Below are positions 35,916-49,680 of a DNA stretch of 64,000 bases, piece after piece. The DNA is from Octopus vulgaris (lineage: Eukaryota). The notes under the pieces were generated by a model. That model saw only the letters and a list, made by a program, of their open reading frames with translations. It was not told the DNA's origin and did no database searches. The number at the start of each line of letters is the position of its first letter. Position 1 is the stretch's first letter. Both the position numbers and the translations under genes were made by a program. The stretch lies in the NCBI GenBank assembly GCA_951406725.2, contig OX597833.1:11656001-11720000 (forward strand), written 5' to 3'.

Positions 35916-37826
35916 TTATTGCTTATTTAGCTTGGGTTCGAATTTATCAATAAAATTCTTTTCTCTGATTTTCCTCTCGATTTCACTTGGGCTGTGTAAT
36001 TTGTAGAATGGAAATATTATATATATTTTCCGACCACATGTTGCTAGGTGGTTACTCAAAGGTATCTGACGGACCTCTGGGTCTCTAATCTGTTGCCGGT
36101 GTACACGTGAGCGTTCTAATAGTGCGTTTCCCGTCTGACCTACATATATTTCTTCACAATTTGGGCATTTGATGCAGTAAATTAAATTTCTGCTTTTGCA
36201 GTTCATATTCGCGTTTGTGAATATTTTCCCGGTTTTTGTGTTTATATATTGACCGGTATGTATGAATTGGCATGTGCCACATCGGCTATCATTGCATTTA
36301 GATACCGTGAATGTTTGGTCTTTGTTGCTGAGGTCAAATTTTGCCTTTGTTAGTAATGTTTTCAAGTTTTTAGGCTGTCTTTTACTAAGCACCATAGCTC
36401 GATCCTTGATTATGTCTTTTAATTCATTACTTTGGGCAATGATTGGTAGGTTTGCTTTGGCAATGTTGAAGATATTCTGGTGACATGGGTTGTGTGTCAC
36501 TATGAATGGTATGACTTGTTCTTGTTTTCCTCTTCCTTGGGTTGTCCTAAGTTGTTGTATAGGTATTTTTATAGCCCGCTGTATGCCATTTTCTATAAGT
36601 AGAGATGGGTATTTTTGTTTGAGCAAAAATTCTCTTAGTTCTATTAGGCGTTTGTTCCTGATATTTGCATCTTCTACAATAGTACAAATTCTTCTGGCTA
36701 GGCAGTATGGGATGTTACGTTTTGTATGTGGTGGATGGCACGACTTAAAATTTAGGTATTGATGTGTGTCTGTGTGTTTATAGTATATATCTGTGGTGAT
36801 GGTGGTGTCTTTTTTAATTACCATTATATCCAGGAATGGTAATTTGGTACTACTCATCTCCTTTGTAAATTTGAGAGATGGGTGTAGGTTGTTCAGGAGG
36901 ATATTGAACTCTTCCAGAGTATTTAGAGATTCTGTCCAGATTATGAAACAGTCGTCTAGGTATCTCTTCCATGCCTTTTCAATATACTTTCTAAATCCAG
37001 TGCCATAGTTTACCTCCACCTCTTGGTAGAGTTGTTCTTCTAAGTATCCCATTACAGAGTTGGCGTAAACGGGAGCAAACCTCGTTCCCATCGCCGTGCC
37101 TCTAATTTGGATGTAATTCTTTCCATTGAAGAAGAATGTGTTATTTTCTAGAATAAGTTTGACTGTGTCTAATATAAATGGCACTGTGAATCTGCTGGGA
37201 ATCACTTCTCTATGTTTTTCTAACCAGTATTTAATCGCCTTTATTCCTAAATCGTGTGGAGTATTGGTGTAGAGGCTTACCACATCAAAACTTAGCAAAA
37301 CTGAATTTGTTTCTGTTGTTTTGGGAAGATGGGACAGGAAGTCGATGTCATCCCTGATGAAACTTGGTATGTAAGTACATAGTGGTTTCAAAACAATGTC
37401 AATAAAATTGCTTAGACGGTGTGTAGGGCATGCTGGACCAGCTATAATAGGTCTAAGTTTTAGGTCTTTTGGATGTAATAATTTTATGTACTCACTTTCT
37501 TGTTCTTTTACTGCCTGTTGAATGTTTTTTGATTTGTGTATTTTTGGTAAGCCGTAGAAGTTGCTGGGTTTTGGTTCAAAATTGGTGATGTAGTCTTTTT
37601 CATTATCCGTAAGTGAGTTGTGGTGTGTTGAAATCAGGTTGTTGATCTTTTTCATGATGTGGTGGTCTATATTTGCGGGTATTTCACAATAGAAGGTTGT
37701 ATCCTTCAGTTGGTCTTCAACCAAATCCTTATAGTATTCGGTATCCATAATAACAATTGCACCACCTTTATCTGCTTGTTTAATTATTATTGTTTGATCG
37801 TTTTGTATACGTTTACATGCAGACAT
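35916..37826 (-). CDS. Penelope-like reverse transcriptase + GIY-YIG endonuclease (636 aa open segment)
   Basis: ADKGG, FYGLPKIHK, LRPII, SFDVVSLYTN, GTAMG, WKRYLDD, LPFLD, YYKHTD; CxxxxCxxC linker (CNDSRCGTC); NLIYCIKC..YVGQT..R..H. Confidence 0.92.
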   Translation of the reverse strand: MSACKRIQNDQTIIIKQADKGGAIVIMDTEYYKDLVEDQLKDTTFYCEIPANIDHHIMKKINNLISTHHNSLTDNEKDYITNFEPKPSNFYGLPKIHKSKNIQQAVKEQESEYIKLLHPKDLKLRPIIAGPACPTHRLSNFIDIVLKPLCTYIPSFIRDDIDFLSHLPKTTETNSVLLSFDVVSLYTNTPHDLGIKAIKYWLEKHREVIPSRFTVPFILDTVKLILENNTFFFNGKNYIQIRGTAMGTRFAPVYANSVMGYLEEQLYQEVEVNYGTGFRKYIEKAWKRYLDDCFIIWTESLNTLEEFNILLNNLHPSLKFTKEMSSTKLPFLDIMVIKKDTTITTDIYYKHTDTHQYLNFKSCHPPHTKRNIPYCLARRICTIVEDANIRNKRLIELREFLLKQKYPSLLIENGIQRAIKIPIQQLRTTQGRGKQEQVIPFIVTHNPCHQNIFNIAKANLPIIAQSNELKDIIKDRAMVLSKRQPKNLKTLLTKAKFDLSNKDQTFTVSKCNDSRCGTCQFIHTGQYINTKTGKIFTNANMNCKSRNLIYCIKCPNCEEIYVGQTGNALLERSRVHRQQIRDPEVRQIPLSNHLATCGRKIYIIFPFYKLHSPSEIERKIREKNFIDKFEPKLNKQ

Positions 37827-38498
37827 CTCTGATTTGCTAATGTTTGGCCTAACATTGGTATTGCGTCTAAGGGGAAATTTAGACAGGATATCAATGTATT
37901 GGTCAAGGTAGTTATTTCTTCCTTTTGGTGGGGTGAAATTTGATTTATTCCTTACTAGGGATTCATCAATCTCATTACTTTTGTTAGCGAAGAATTCTAC
38001 AAGTCGTAATTTTCGACAGAATTTTTGGATATCCTCCTTTAATTCTTGGTGGTTGGCTGTTGGTGTAGGTGTGAATTTCAGTCCTTTTGACAGAAGTTGG
38101 ATTTCATCATTGTCAAGATCTCTTTTTGATAAATTAATTATTTTAGGATCTATACGTTCAGTTGTTTGGGGTATGTTTCCTCTTGGATTTTTTCTTTCTC
38201 CGGTGTTTGTTGTCCTGACGTAAAAAAATGGATTTTTTTCTGGTTATGATTTATATTCCTGTTGATGTTTGCTTGATGAATTTTGCGTTTTGGTTGTGGT
38301 ACTTTACTTGGTTTCGTTATGTTTTCTGTCTTGTTTTTGGTATTATGTATGCTACTTTTCAATTTCTTGTTAGCATTGTTTTTAACCACCTGGAGAAATG
38401 ATCTGGGTTTACTTCTAGATCTAGATCGGTTTTTTGTCCAGTTTCTTGTGGGTAATCTCTGTTGAGGTCTTGAAAATGATCTCCTGTTATTTCTACTG

Positions 38499-38557
<59 letters not shown>

Positions 38558-38560
<3 letters not shown>

Positions 38561-39346
38561 GGAAGTATGTAAGAAGGCATATAGGCGTAGAACATTCATC
38601 CAACTTACAATAAAGCACGGTGGTGGTAGTGAGATGATGTGGGGCTCTAATGTCTGAAAACGGTGTCGGTCTTATAATCCGAATCAAGGGCATTATGGAT
38701 ACTAAGTCCAATCTAGAAATATGGGATAATGCTGTGCTTTCATACGCCCGAAATGCATTTAGGCCGATCTTGGTCTTCCCAGCATGACAACGACCCGAAA
38801 CACAACTCACACTTAGTCAGAGATTACATCAGATCTAAGGGAGTTCGGTTGATGCAGTGGGCGGCGTAGTAGCACGACCTAAATCCCATCGAAAATCTTT
38901 GGGATATGTTGGATAGAAAATAAGGAGGATTTTTTTTAATTTTACATTATTGGCGAAAATTGGGGGGAAAATCTCAGGAACAGTGATAAATGATCTGAAC
39001 AATTCTGTTTCACAGATGCAAAGTTGCATTAAGTAATTTTGTGTGAGCTTATTGTTTATTTTTTTCTTTTGTTGATCTCGGAATAAACTTTTAAAAGCAA
39101 CAAAATACAATTTTAAAAACCATTCCTCAATAAAATGGCGCTATAAATTACGATAATTAAGATTTATTTTTAATTTAATATTAAGATATTTATGTTGCAC
39201 TGTAAAATAGTATACCATATTAAAACACGTGAATTTTCTTTTATTTTCATTTATACATCTTAATTCATAATTTAAAACTTGAATATATATAAAGATGCTA
39301 TTTTAGCATTAGCATTGAAGCGTTCATATATTAAATGGCATCACTG
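38558..39346 (+). mobile_element. Tc1-family DNA transposon relic (DDE transposase pseudogene)
   Basis: Remnants KHGGGSEMMWG (38613), QHDNDPKH (38780), DLNPIENLWD (38876); possible TIR end ..ggcatcactg at 39346. Confidence 0.75.
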
Positions 39347-39572
39347 CATATGCATGACTGATATACGTAAAACCTTACATACAAATCTGAAGCATATTCA
39401 TACATAAATACATACAGAGAGATATTTAATGCATTATCACTAGCTTAAAATATTTTTGTTTTATAAATCATAGCAACACATACAGGTACAGTGTCACCCA
39501 TTTGGAACTCAATTTCCAAGTTCACCTTCCGTATGGTCTGCATATGTATGACAGAATTCATACATATGAATT

Positions 39573-39720
<148 letters not shown>

Positions 39721-41217
39721 GCAATCTCAATTTCGTCCGTGAACTGAGGTTAATTTGAAAAAAGCTACTAAATAAATCTTACAGCCATATCAGATTTCAA
39801 CAAAGCCCCATCACTTTCCTTTTGTAATAGCGGGTTGCATATGCAGCTGCGCATGCTCTGTACAGCTTTAACACATGTCGGTCGTTTTAACTGTCTAATT
39901 ATGCTCCATCACTAACAACTGAATCAAAAGAAAAATTTGATGATTTACCAGCGTCCGTATTCTGTGCAATTGTTTACAATTTACTGTCAGGAAAATATTC
40001 ATAATCCAGAGAAGCGAATCCGGATTTGCCCATCAGAATAATTACAGCCGGATTGTAAACACTCAGCAATCTTTAATATTTATTGGAACGTGATGTTGTT
40101 AGCCTTCGTGTATCTAACAAATATTGGACGCACTCCAACATACAATCATGAATCCTATTGGATATAACGTCACAACATCTCAGCCTTCTTACACACAGCA
40201 TCCGTGCTTGCCCTGACTATATTTGCTCTCTTTACTCTCACTTTTATGGGTGTTGTATTCGTTTTGCATGAAATGTATTCAGCTTCTAGGATCCATCCTT
40301 TCTTCGAGTCTGGAATGTTTACGTAGATGAGTGAAAGAAATCGTCGTATTTGATGTTCTCTGCTGCTGAAATGAAGCAATTTTTCTGGTTGATTTCCTTT
40401 CTTATTCTTGTATATCAGCGTTAAGTGTATGATGTCAGTGTTCTGTGTATCGACTTCCATTTTGTCATATTCTGTGGAGAGGTTGGAAGGTTGTGATTTA
40501 GATTTAGGATTGGCAGGACCAATACTTCTTTCGACTGTCTTTTGAAGGATTGATCGTGTAAATTCCACAGTCTCAGAAATGTTAGAATAAAGCTTTTGTG
40601 ATATTTCTAAAGTAGACGATAAATAGGTTTTATAAGATATGGGGTAGGAATGGAACGGAAAGCTTTCCTGATTAATAACGGCAAATAGAATGGATTGTGT
40701 GGAAGTATCTGGTTGTTGTTGAAAGAATCAGTTAAGTTCTGTGCTAAGTAATGTAGCGGTTCATGGCTCCTTGTCAGAATCCGAGTTGTAATTTGAAAAC
40801 CAAGATGTCTGAGATAGTAGCGTCGAGTATTAGATTTTCTAAGGCTGTGCATGAAAAGCTGATATAATTCTATGGTGGTACTTTATTTGGGGTTTGTTGA
40901 ATCATGAGACAGAAGACAAAATACTGTTAAACAAAATAACATTTTATTTCGACGATAAGTTTGATAAACTGAAATCTTACAAAATGTTTTCTAGAATCAT
41001 TCCGGCAGATTTAGATTTTTCTTGTTTTTGAGGATATTTCTGGCATTCTACGTCGCCTCCTTTGATTGGTTTTCAATATCTTCTGAAGACTAGTATACCA
41101 GTTTATTTTAACGATATACATACTTTAAGGAAAATATTAGGTAACACAATTAAAATTTTATGTTATTTATTGTAATTCACAGACATATTTTCATATGGAA
41201 CCGAATTTAATTTCTAT

Positions 41218-44200
41218 TCAATGTTTACTGCACACAACGCAGGTTAATTCTCGACCATTGACATACGGTGGACATGGCAATGAACCACAAACAGCCTCAA
41301 CGAAATATAATAGAGCTCCATTTTCGTCTCTGTAACCTGCTGGATCAGCTTCTGGTGCGTAGTCCACACACACATATTCTTGTCTGCCCTTATGTAAGTA
41401 ATAATTGGCCATCAAATATCCCGAATACTCAGCTGTCCAACCAGCGTAACACTTTGTCCTGTCTGGTAACATCATAACAACAGCAGGTTGTCGTGTCAAA
41501 CAGACAGCGCACGGAACGTTGTGATCTTCAAGCGATTTAGCTTTAGCAAAAGAAAAGATTTTATTAGTCAGGTATATACCTATTTGATATTCACTGCCAT
41601 AAATGTAACCACCTTTTTCATCTCCTGTTGTATAATTGGCCCAAATGGGATCATTTGGTAGACATAAGAGATTACTTCCGCCACCAGTATGGGAAAAACG
41701 TGGTCCACCAACGACACCTTGAATTGTTAAGAATAAATCAAGTAAAACAGATATTAAGCAAAATTATAAATGAAATAACGGAAACATTCATTACAGTTTG
41801 ACCCATAAAAGAAGTCACGTTTAGTCGCGTGTGAACGAATTGTGGTGTATATATGTTAGTGTCTATGTTAATGTAAGCTGTGTGCGTATGAGTTCACAGC
41901 TGTGCGTTTGCGTTCTCTTCATGTGTGTATGTGTGTGTGTGTGTGTGCACGATTAGGTAATCGTGGTTGTGATGTGTATTATTATGTATGTTTGCATGGG
42001 GTAGATGTCTGTGTCTGGATGTCAATAAACGGAGAAAGGAAAGGGATTTTGTAGCGCATGTGGTCGTGATTTCCCTAAATGGAAAAGATGTCGCTCACGT
42101 TTGAACGGGAAAATTGTTGGTGATGGGAATTGCATGTGGTTTGAGTAGAACAATACGAGAGACGGCAAGATGCAGAGAACTGGTGGGTAAGAGGGGATGA
42201 AATACTGTTTAGTCGACCATACGGGTGTGGCTAGCTATAACTATCGGTTTGTCTCGGACGAGTCAGGCCTACCACGAGACGGGCCTAACACATACTATAA
42301 TATTATGATCACAGATTTTATTTCATGCAAAGCATGAACTGAGGTGGGGTGAGAATTGTGAAGCTCATTGATGGCGTAGTGTTTAAGAAGAATGGACAGT
42401 GATGTCGGCGACCGATAAAGGATATGTGTAGGGTTTATAGAGAGCAGATTCACAAAGGATGTGAGGTTGATTGGAGATGTGGGAAGCAGTAGCTTTGGAT
42501 TGGATGTGCCGGTGTTACCTTACAAAGATACACTGGACAATTAATGAGGCGAGGTGGTGCATGAAAAGAGAAATGTTTGAGGGATAGGACGATTTCGGTA
42601 AGGCGGAGAAAAATAGAAATGCAATATGTACTCACTTGGGTTCTCTCAGTGATAATTAGTCCCTCCATATTATTCTTAATGAATACAGCCCTTAGTTAGC
42701 TTTGTCCATTAGTTACAGTGTGTGGTTTTTCCAGTCCACATTGTACATTCTCCGTTCATCTCATTAACCATTTACAGTCATTATCATCAATTCTAATTAG
42801 ACCTTGTTCAATTTAGTCTATAACAACAATCATTAGGCACTCTAGTTAATGTTAGTCAAGCTGGTCACACTCGTCCAAAACCACCATCCGTAGCCAGTAC
42901 AATTTATAACCAATTAGCAGGCTTGGTATTTGATATCTACACTCCATACCAGTCAGCCAGGAGTTATTGGTCACAATACTGTACTCCAGTCTAGTCCCTA
43001 TCTATAAGTTCAAGTACAGATATCTATATTCTGCAGTTAGACAACATCCTTTTCTCTTGGTCAACTCTAGACAACATTTAAAATTCTGATTTGACCAAAT
43101 ACCTACAAAGGAGTAAGCAGTCTTGTGCAGTCTCTATAGGGTCTGTAGGTATCGTTTCAAACGTGATATATCACATGATTTGCTTGAGTGTGCGTGCGTG
43201 CGTGTCCGTGTGAGAAACGGAAAGAGAGGGGGCGACAGAAAGAGAAAATGAGAGGAATAAAAAGAGAAGAAGAGAAAGATAAAGAGAGAAAGAGTGAACA
43301 GAAGTATAGTTTATACTAACCGTCATATACAAGGTTTGAATAAGGAGGACAACTTGTTCTGCCCCACCGGGTATACAATGATCCGGGACCGGGTTCTGTG
43401 AAATTAAAATGAAACAATTTAGTTTAAAAGAAAGAATTCTTGAATCCTATACAAAGTAAGTTGTTGGCTTGGAAGGAATTGATAGAGAGGAGCGAAATTT
43501 AGAATATAAGAGAGAAAGAATTAGTGAATGAATGAAAATCAGAATGAAATAAGTAAATGATTCGCTAAGAATACATTTTAAACGAAGAAAATTAGTCATT
43601 TGTCTATTGAGCCTGTTGTTGACGTTGATGTCAACGAATTGAGAGATTAATCTCAGAATATCAGAATGTGTATTTGGCTCCCTTAAGAACGGATGATTGT
43701 TTTGTAGCTGAACTTGGATGTGAGTATATATATATATTTGTGTACATAATGATGATAAAGTTCTTTTATAGATATGTAGGCCATAATATCAATTCTTGGC
43801 ACCTGATTGGTCAATTACAAATATCAGCTTAGTGTTTGGCGCGAATAAGGCCATCGTAGCTACAATATGCAAAGGGCTCGAAGGAATAGTCATACCGCGT
43901 CATCCATCGAGAGGGATCAAAGCAGTTACCTCCGGATCATGAGTGGAGGTGTCCATTCGGGAAATATATATCAGTCTCCACCAAACTTAATCTGTGATGC
44001 ATTGGAAGGGAATACAAAATATGCGTGTTGAGGAACCCCGAAGCAGATCCAGAAGGGATCAACCGTTCATAATTGAGAATTAGACTGTCAAAACCGGACG
44101 ATACAAAACGCTATGTCGGTGTCTCCTCGAGATGGCTTCATTACTTCGGAGGCGTACACTTGGAAGTAGGTTGGAAACTCCACCGTGCAGGTGTGCCACC

Positions 44201-47200
44201 AACTATGTCTGCACAGTCGGAAGTGGGATGCTCACAATATCTGGCTTTCGGATTTGATTATGGAGTGAATCCCACTAGGTATTAAGGGATACCTCCTGAA
44301 GATCAAGCAGAATGAAGGAGTGGTGTAGCTGCTGGAAGTAAATGCACCCAATAGCGAGGTCAAATACAAATTCTTCCTTAACAAAGTCACTGCAGCTTTG
44401 GATATATTTGGGGTAAAGTCATTTGTCTTACAAGGAGACTTCCGTGCACACTTTGGCGCTGATAACCGCAAGATGTATTGATTGGGTGGAATGGCGTCAC
44501 ACACCTTAATGTGGTGGCCATACTAGTCTTCTGGACTCTCTATGATATAGATATCGTTTAAGACGGTTGTTTATAAGGGTACTTGGAATAGAAATGCTTC
44601 GTGACAGAAATTCTTGATAGATGTTGTTGTCGTCTCAGTCATCTTTGAGTCTGTGCTGGACGTTCGGGTAAATGGAGTGGGGAGAGTTGTCAACTGACCA
44701 CTACCAAGATGTCTGAAACCGGAAGATGCCTACAGTTGGGAGAACCTAGTAAATTGGTAAGTCCAGTGCGACCTACAGAATAAAGTTGAAAGCAGTAGTG
44801 GATGATGGAATAAGAAACAAAATTGTGGATAATATTGCATCCAAATTGAGAGAGACCCACATGAATAAACTTGGGCATCGAAATCGATTAGTGATTGTAT
44901 CATTTTTGTCGAACTAAAGTCACTGAAAAGTGATAAAGCTGCTGGAGTGAAATACGTTCGTCTTGATAATTTAAAACCCTTAAATACTCAGGGTATTCTC
45001 TGAGTGACCCATGTATGCTAGGTGGAATGGGGCATCAGGGAAAACACGAGGGCAATGTCAATCCGGGGTAATAATCACGGATTTTTTAAAGACAAAGTCT
45101 ACACTACATGTCTAGAAAAGTTACGTTGGGAAATTGTCGCGTCCAAGACTACTGTCCTGGATGCAGTACACCCGACCAGATATTAGTTCAAAGCTGATCT
45201 TCGAGAAAACGTTGAAATATATCCAAGGGGATTACGCTGTAGACCACGTGCTGTGGGGCATGTAGCGGATGGTTTACCAAGGTGAGATTATTGGGCAAAT
45301 ACTTTTAACCGTAAAATATTTGTACGGATGTCCAAATGTTTGAATTTCTGCAAAAGCCGAATGTTTTCAATGTGGAGTTTGGACTTCAATAGCAGAGCGT
45401 ATTGTTAGTGCTTCTTCTCACATTTCTTATGATCTGGTTGAGAAGTATCCCATTTCGTCTGTATGGGGTCGGTCGACTGCTATTTGCAGACGACATGCTG
45501 CTATCTGACTCATGTTATGTTCACTTTCGACACGCATTGGATGGGTTGGCTGCCGAGTGCTCCAAGGCAGAGATGACTAACACACACTCTGCAGGAAAGT
45601 GGAACATCGTTACTTCGGGAATCTATTCACGAGTGATTGGAAGCACAAGACTGAACAGATTGCTAACTTCTAGATATAAACGCATTGATGCGCTAGGTCG
45701 GGCATTCGATTCTCAGACGAACAATGGTTGGTGCACTTATCGACGTAGCGCTGCACACACACACACACACACTCATATAAACACGATTTCATAGTATAAA
45801 AGAGTAACATTTTACTAAGGAAATTATTATAAAGTAGAATATATTTTAAAATAAATTTAGGCGTCTCAGTATATATTATAGGGGAAATATGTATTAGTGA
45901 TGTAGAACCAATTCAATGTTGGTGAAATTAGAAATCACTAGTTAAGGAAACAAGGGTAAATTAATTTAGCTAAACACTGTAGAACTGAAAGCTGAATTCT
46001 TTATAATATTTAATCTCATTCCTGAACATTTCTTCAATGTTTTTGTCTTATACAATATAAAAATTAGTTCTTACTTGGTGCAGGTTTATCGTCGAGAGAT
46101 TTCTTGGAGATGAAACGGTTCTGTGAAAGAATAGGAACAGCATCACATAAATAGAACTTGGGGTTTCATCAGTTTTATCGTCGAGAGATTTCTTGGAGAT
46201 GAAACGGTTCTGTGGAAAAATAGAGAGTATTTATTATCGTTTAGAATTGAAAAAAAATGCAATATATGACAACATTTTCGGACATCATTTTATGAAGATG
46301 TGGTTGACGTCGACATTGTCCATTCCACCAAATCTATTATATTGCGTTACATCTTGGAGGTTTGCTGGAACTGCATGCCTTTCTGTGAATCTGGTATTTC
46401 CTTATTTCATGCATGTATATGGCAAAGCATACACATTACATAAACAGCTAATATCCCTGTTCATTGTCAAGAGTAGACTAATTTTGCTATCTAAAATCGC
46501 TGGTAGTTTGAAGATTACTAGAAACGTAGACTTGCGCATTCTGCTGACGCACAAGAATGCCCGACGCCAACCTTTCATGTACGGCGTCCTAATCCGCTGT
46601 AGGACTTTTCCACTGCGTCCTTAGGAGAAACTATCAAGGCAATATGATGCAATATTTAAAAGTAGTTTGAATTGATGCAAAAGCTCTATTGCCTTGATAT
46701 TGTTTAGTATAGTTATCCATCATGATCACTGAAGAGTCGGGCATTTCTAGCACCGGTGAATAATATTCCGGATCGAATACCACAAAAGTTTCTAAGAAAA
46801 ATTTTAGAGAACATACATAGAAGGTTATAAATTGACTGCATACGAAAGAGATGAGGATTAGATATTTTGTACACGGGTGCTATATAAACTGGTTATTCAC
46901 TCCTTAAATATAGTGTGTATATGTAGATGTATATATGTAAGTGTATAAAAAGTTATATATGTATATATATATGTATATAAATATAAGTATATATATATAT
47001 TTATATATGTATATTTGATTTTGATTTTTTGATTTTTCCAGTTTCAGCTTATGAGCTGTGGCCATGCTGGGGCACCGCCATTTTATATATATATATATAT
47101 ATATATGCATCTATATATACATATTTATGCATATATATATGTATATATAGATATATATATTCATATATATATATATACACATATAGATACATAACTATAT

Positions 47201-48189
47201 ATATGCATATATATGTATTTACATATATGTATGTGTGTGTGTGTGTGTGTGTTTGTGTGTCTTTGTGCGATTGCGTGAACGATAGTTCGTATGTATGTGT
47301 ATGCCGTATAGGAACATATGCAGATGTTTCACTACGCTCTGACACTGATATGTGTATGCATGCATACATAACTACACACACATGCGCAATTACATAGTCA
47401 CCTCAAATAAGTACATGCATACGTGTCCATGTACATACAGATACGACAGAGGCAATCACACATCTCGCACACACCGATGGATGAATTGACTCTCTTTTTA
47501 TAAATCACTAGCAGTGTCGCCCGGCGTTGCTCGGGTTTGTAAGGGAAATAACTATATAAGCATTTTTAGAGAGTTATAGCCAAAAAATAGCAAAAAATGC
47601 ATTAAAAATGGAAAGAAAATTATGGTAAAATTTTTTTAAATCGTTGACTCATCGTAGACATTTTTAGACAGTTACTTACCTTATATAATAGCGAAAAAAA
47701 TGAATTAAAATGGAAAAAAATGATGGTAAATTTTTTTTTAAATCGTAGACTCATCGTAGACGCGCGCTAATACCCAGAAGGGCTCGATATGAATCACGAC
47801 TATAAGATACCCGGTTTTGGTTAAACTGCACCGCAAAATGTGGGAGTAGTTAGGAATCTAAATCGTAGGAGACAGACACACAACTTCACTTTTAAAGATA
47901 AAGATTTCAATGAGAAACGTCAATCTATATCTTACAACGTACAAAAGAAATCATTGCTGACATTAAAAATAACCACTTGTTCTACATAGAGTCAGTTCGC
48001 AATACATTCTCTTATGCCTTCCAGTAATACCAAACGCAGATCGCTTAAGAGGATATTATTATTAATTACTCTCTGCAAATCCTTACTTTCGTTTGATAAT
48101 AATATTTGTTAGTCATTATGTGAAGTATTATAGAATTTTCCCATTATTTAATCTAAAGAAATTGGATGCCTTTCGATCGAGATGTGTTT

Positions 48190-48267
<78 letters not shown>

Positions 48268-48346
48268 GTCTGTCTATCTATCTGTCTGTCTATCTATCTG
48301 TCTGTCTATCTATTTGTCTGTCTATGTATCTATCTATCTATTTATC

Positions 48347-48389
<43 letters not shown>

Positions 48390-48477
48390 ATATATATATA
48401 TCTGTCTGTCTGTCTATCTGTTTATCTATTTATCTGTCTATCATTCTATCTATCTCTCTATCTGTCTATCTATCTAC

Positions 48478-48515
<38 letters not shown>

Positions 48516-48820
48516 GTCTGTCTGTCTATCCGCAAAGATATCAATCCATACACACACTCACACACGCATTTACACACACGCACACATAATACATACATAC
48601 ACACATATTTACACGCATACCTAAATAAATACATGCATACATACATGCATATATTAACACAAAATCTATGACTTACCGTTTTCGATTTCCCTTCCATTTT
48701 TCCTATTCTTGAATCTTGATGAAGAATCACGATCGTCAGAACGAGAAGAACCCCAAAAGCTATGAGAGAAGAAATGGAATAACGCTGCGAAATATTCCTG
48801 GACAGTTGTGCGAAATCCAT
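41218..48820 (-). CDS. Paralog 3: short-chain collagen C4-like protein, 254 aa (266 aa if upstream in-frame ATG at 48856 is used); exons 48820-48677, 46120-46075, 43395-43321, 41717-41218
   Basis: Exon 1 [48 protein letters not shown]|gtaagt. Exon 4 is open from 41717 ([24 protein letters not shown]..) although the ORF track only starts at 41499. The exon 4 acceptor is AAG here versus TAG in the other copies. Confidence 0.85.
43850..45750 (+). mobile_element. Fossil APE-RT LINE in intron 2 of paralog 3
   Basis: [13 protein letters not shown] near 44420-44460; [12 protein letters not shown] in ORF 45402..45794. Confidence 0.65.
46158..46209 (-). other. Duplicated/alternative exon 2 of paralog 3 ([17 protein letters not shown], 52 nt)
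   Basis: Good acceptor (ctctatttttccacag), same phase 0 to 1 as exon 2, weak donor (A|gttcta); lies 37 nt from the main exon 2. Confidence 0.65.
47508..47904 (-). mobile_element. Non-autonomous Helitron-like element
   Basis: Minus strand starts A|TC, ends with hairpin CCCGAGCAACGCCGGG then CTAG|T; internal duplication of about 100 bp. Confidence 0.7.
48190..48530. repeat. (TATC)n/(TGTC)n microsatellite
   Basis: Directly visible. Confidence 0.95.
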
Positions 48821-49259
48821 TCTGGTGACAGTTGTCGGTCGTACTTGATACTTCATGTGGCTTCAACAAAAGATCGAGATGCGAGGTTTAAGCTGAAGAC
48901 CTGTAACTGAATTCCACGTATTTATTGAGCGCACAACAACCCATTAGATCTTATCGTAAACTTATGAACCAATGGGATCGGTGTAACTGTAAAAGTGCGT
49001 GTGAACTTATCTGACAGGTTTAATTATTGGAAAGAGATGGTTTGATATTGTCACACAATAATTAGCAAAATATTTTGATGAATGAGAGACACGTGTAAAG
49101 TGAAATGATTCCTGTTTCTAGATATATTATGATATATTTATTTTCTAATGTTGTTATTAAATTTTATTTGATATTCTTGGGAACTGTAATATTCAGTGTG
49201 GGAAGTATTTCGTTCAACAGACGAATACACACACACAAAGACACACACACACACACACA

Positions 49260-49353
<94 letters not shown>

Positions 49354-49680
49354 GAATGGTTGTATACTGTCAATCTAACGTGAACGTGACAGTAGGGGGT
49401 TACATATATATATGTAAGATACAAAGTATACATTAAGTGAAAACTAAATAATATAATTTAAACTGTGTATATTAAATTAAATTATTATTAATTAATTAAT
49501 TTATTTATTTTATAAACATGTAAATAAAATCTTATACTCTTTAAGTAGTTTATATGAAAAACCTTAATGTTACTTAAAATAGATAATATTAGTACAAGCT
49601 ATAAATATTAGAATTAAAAATAGGAAATGGTTCAAATATATACACACCTATTATATAAATTAACTATATTATTAATATAG

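Larger units (their letters stand above)
35244..38505 (-). mobile_element. Penelope-like retroelement (probably Neptune clade), bounded by (TA)n
   Basis: Contains an RT + GIY-YIG ORF, a broken upstream N-terminal region (37827-38505) and a 3' UTR hammerhead motif. Confidence 0.88.

Noticed and set aside
46722-46775. CTGAAGA..CCGGT-GAAT motif
   Set aside because: GAAA missing and stem I poor; cannot be distinguished from chance.
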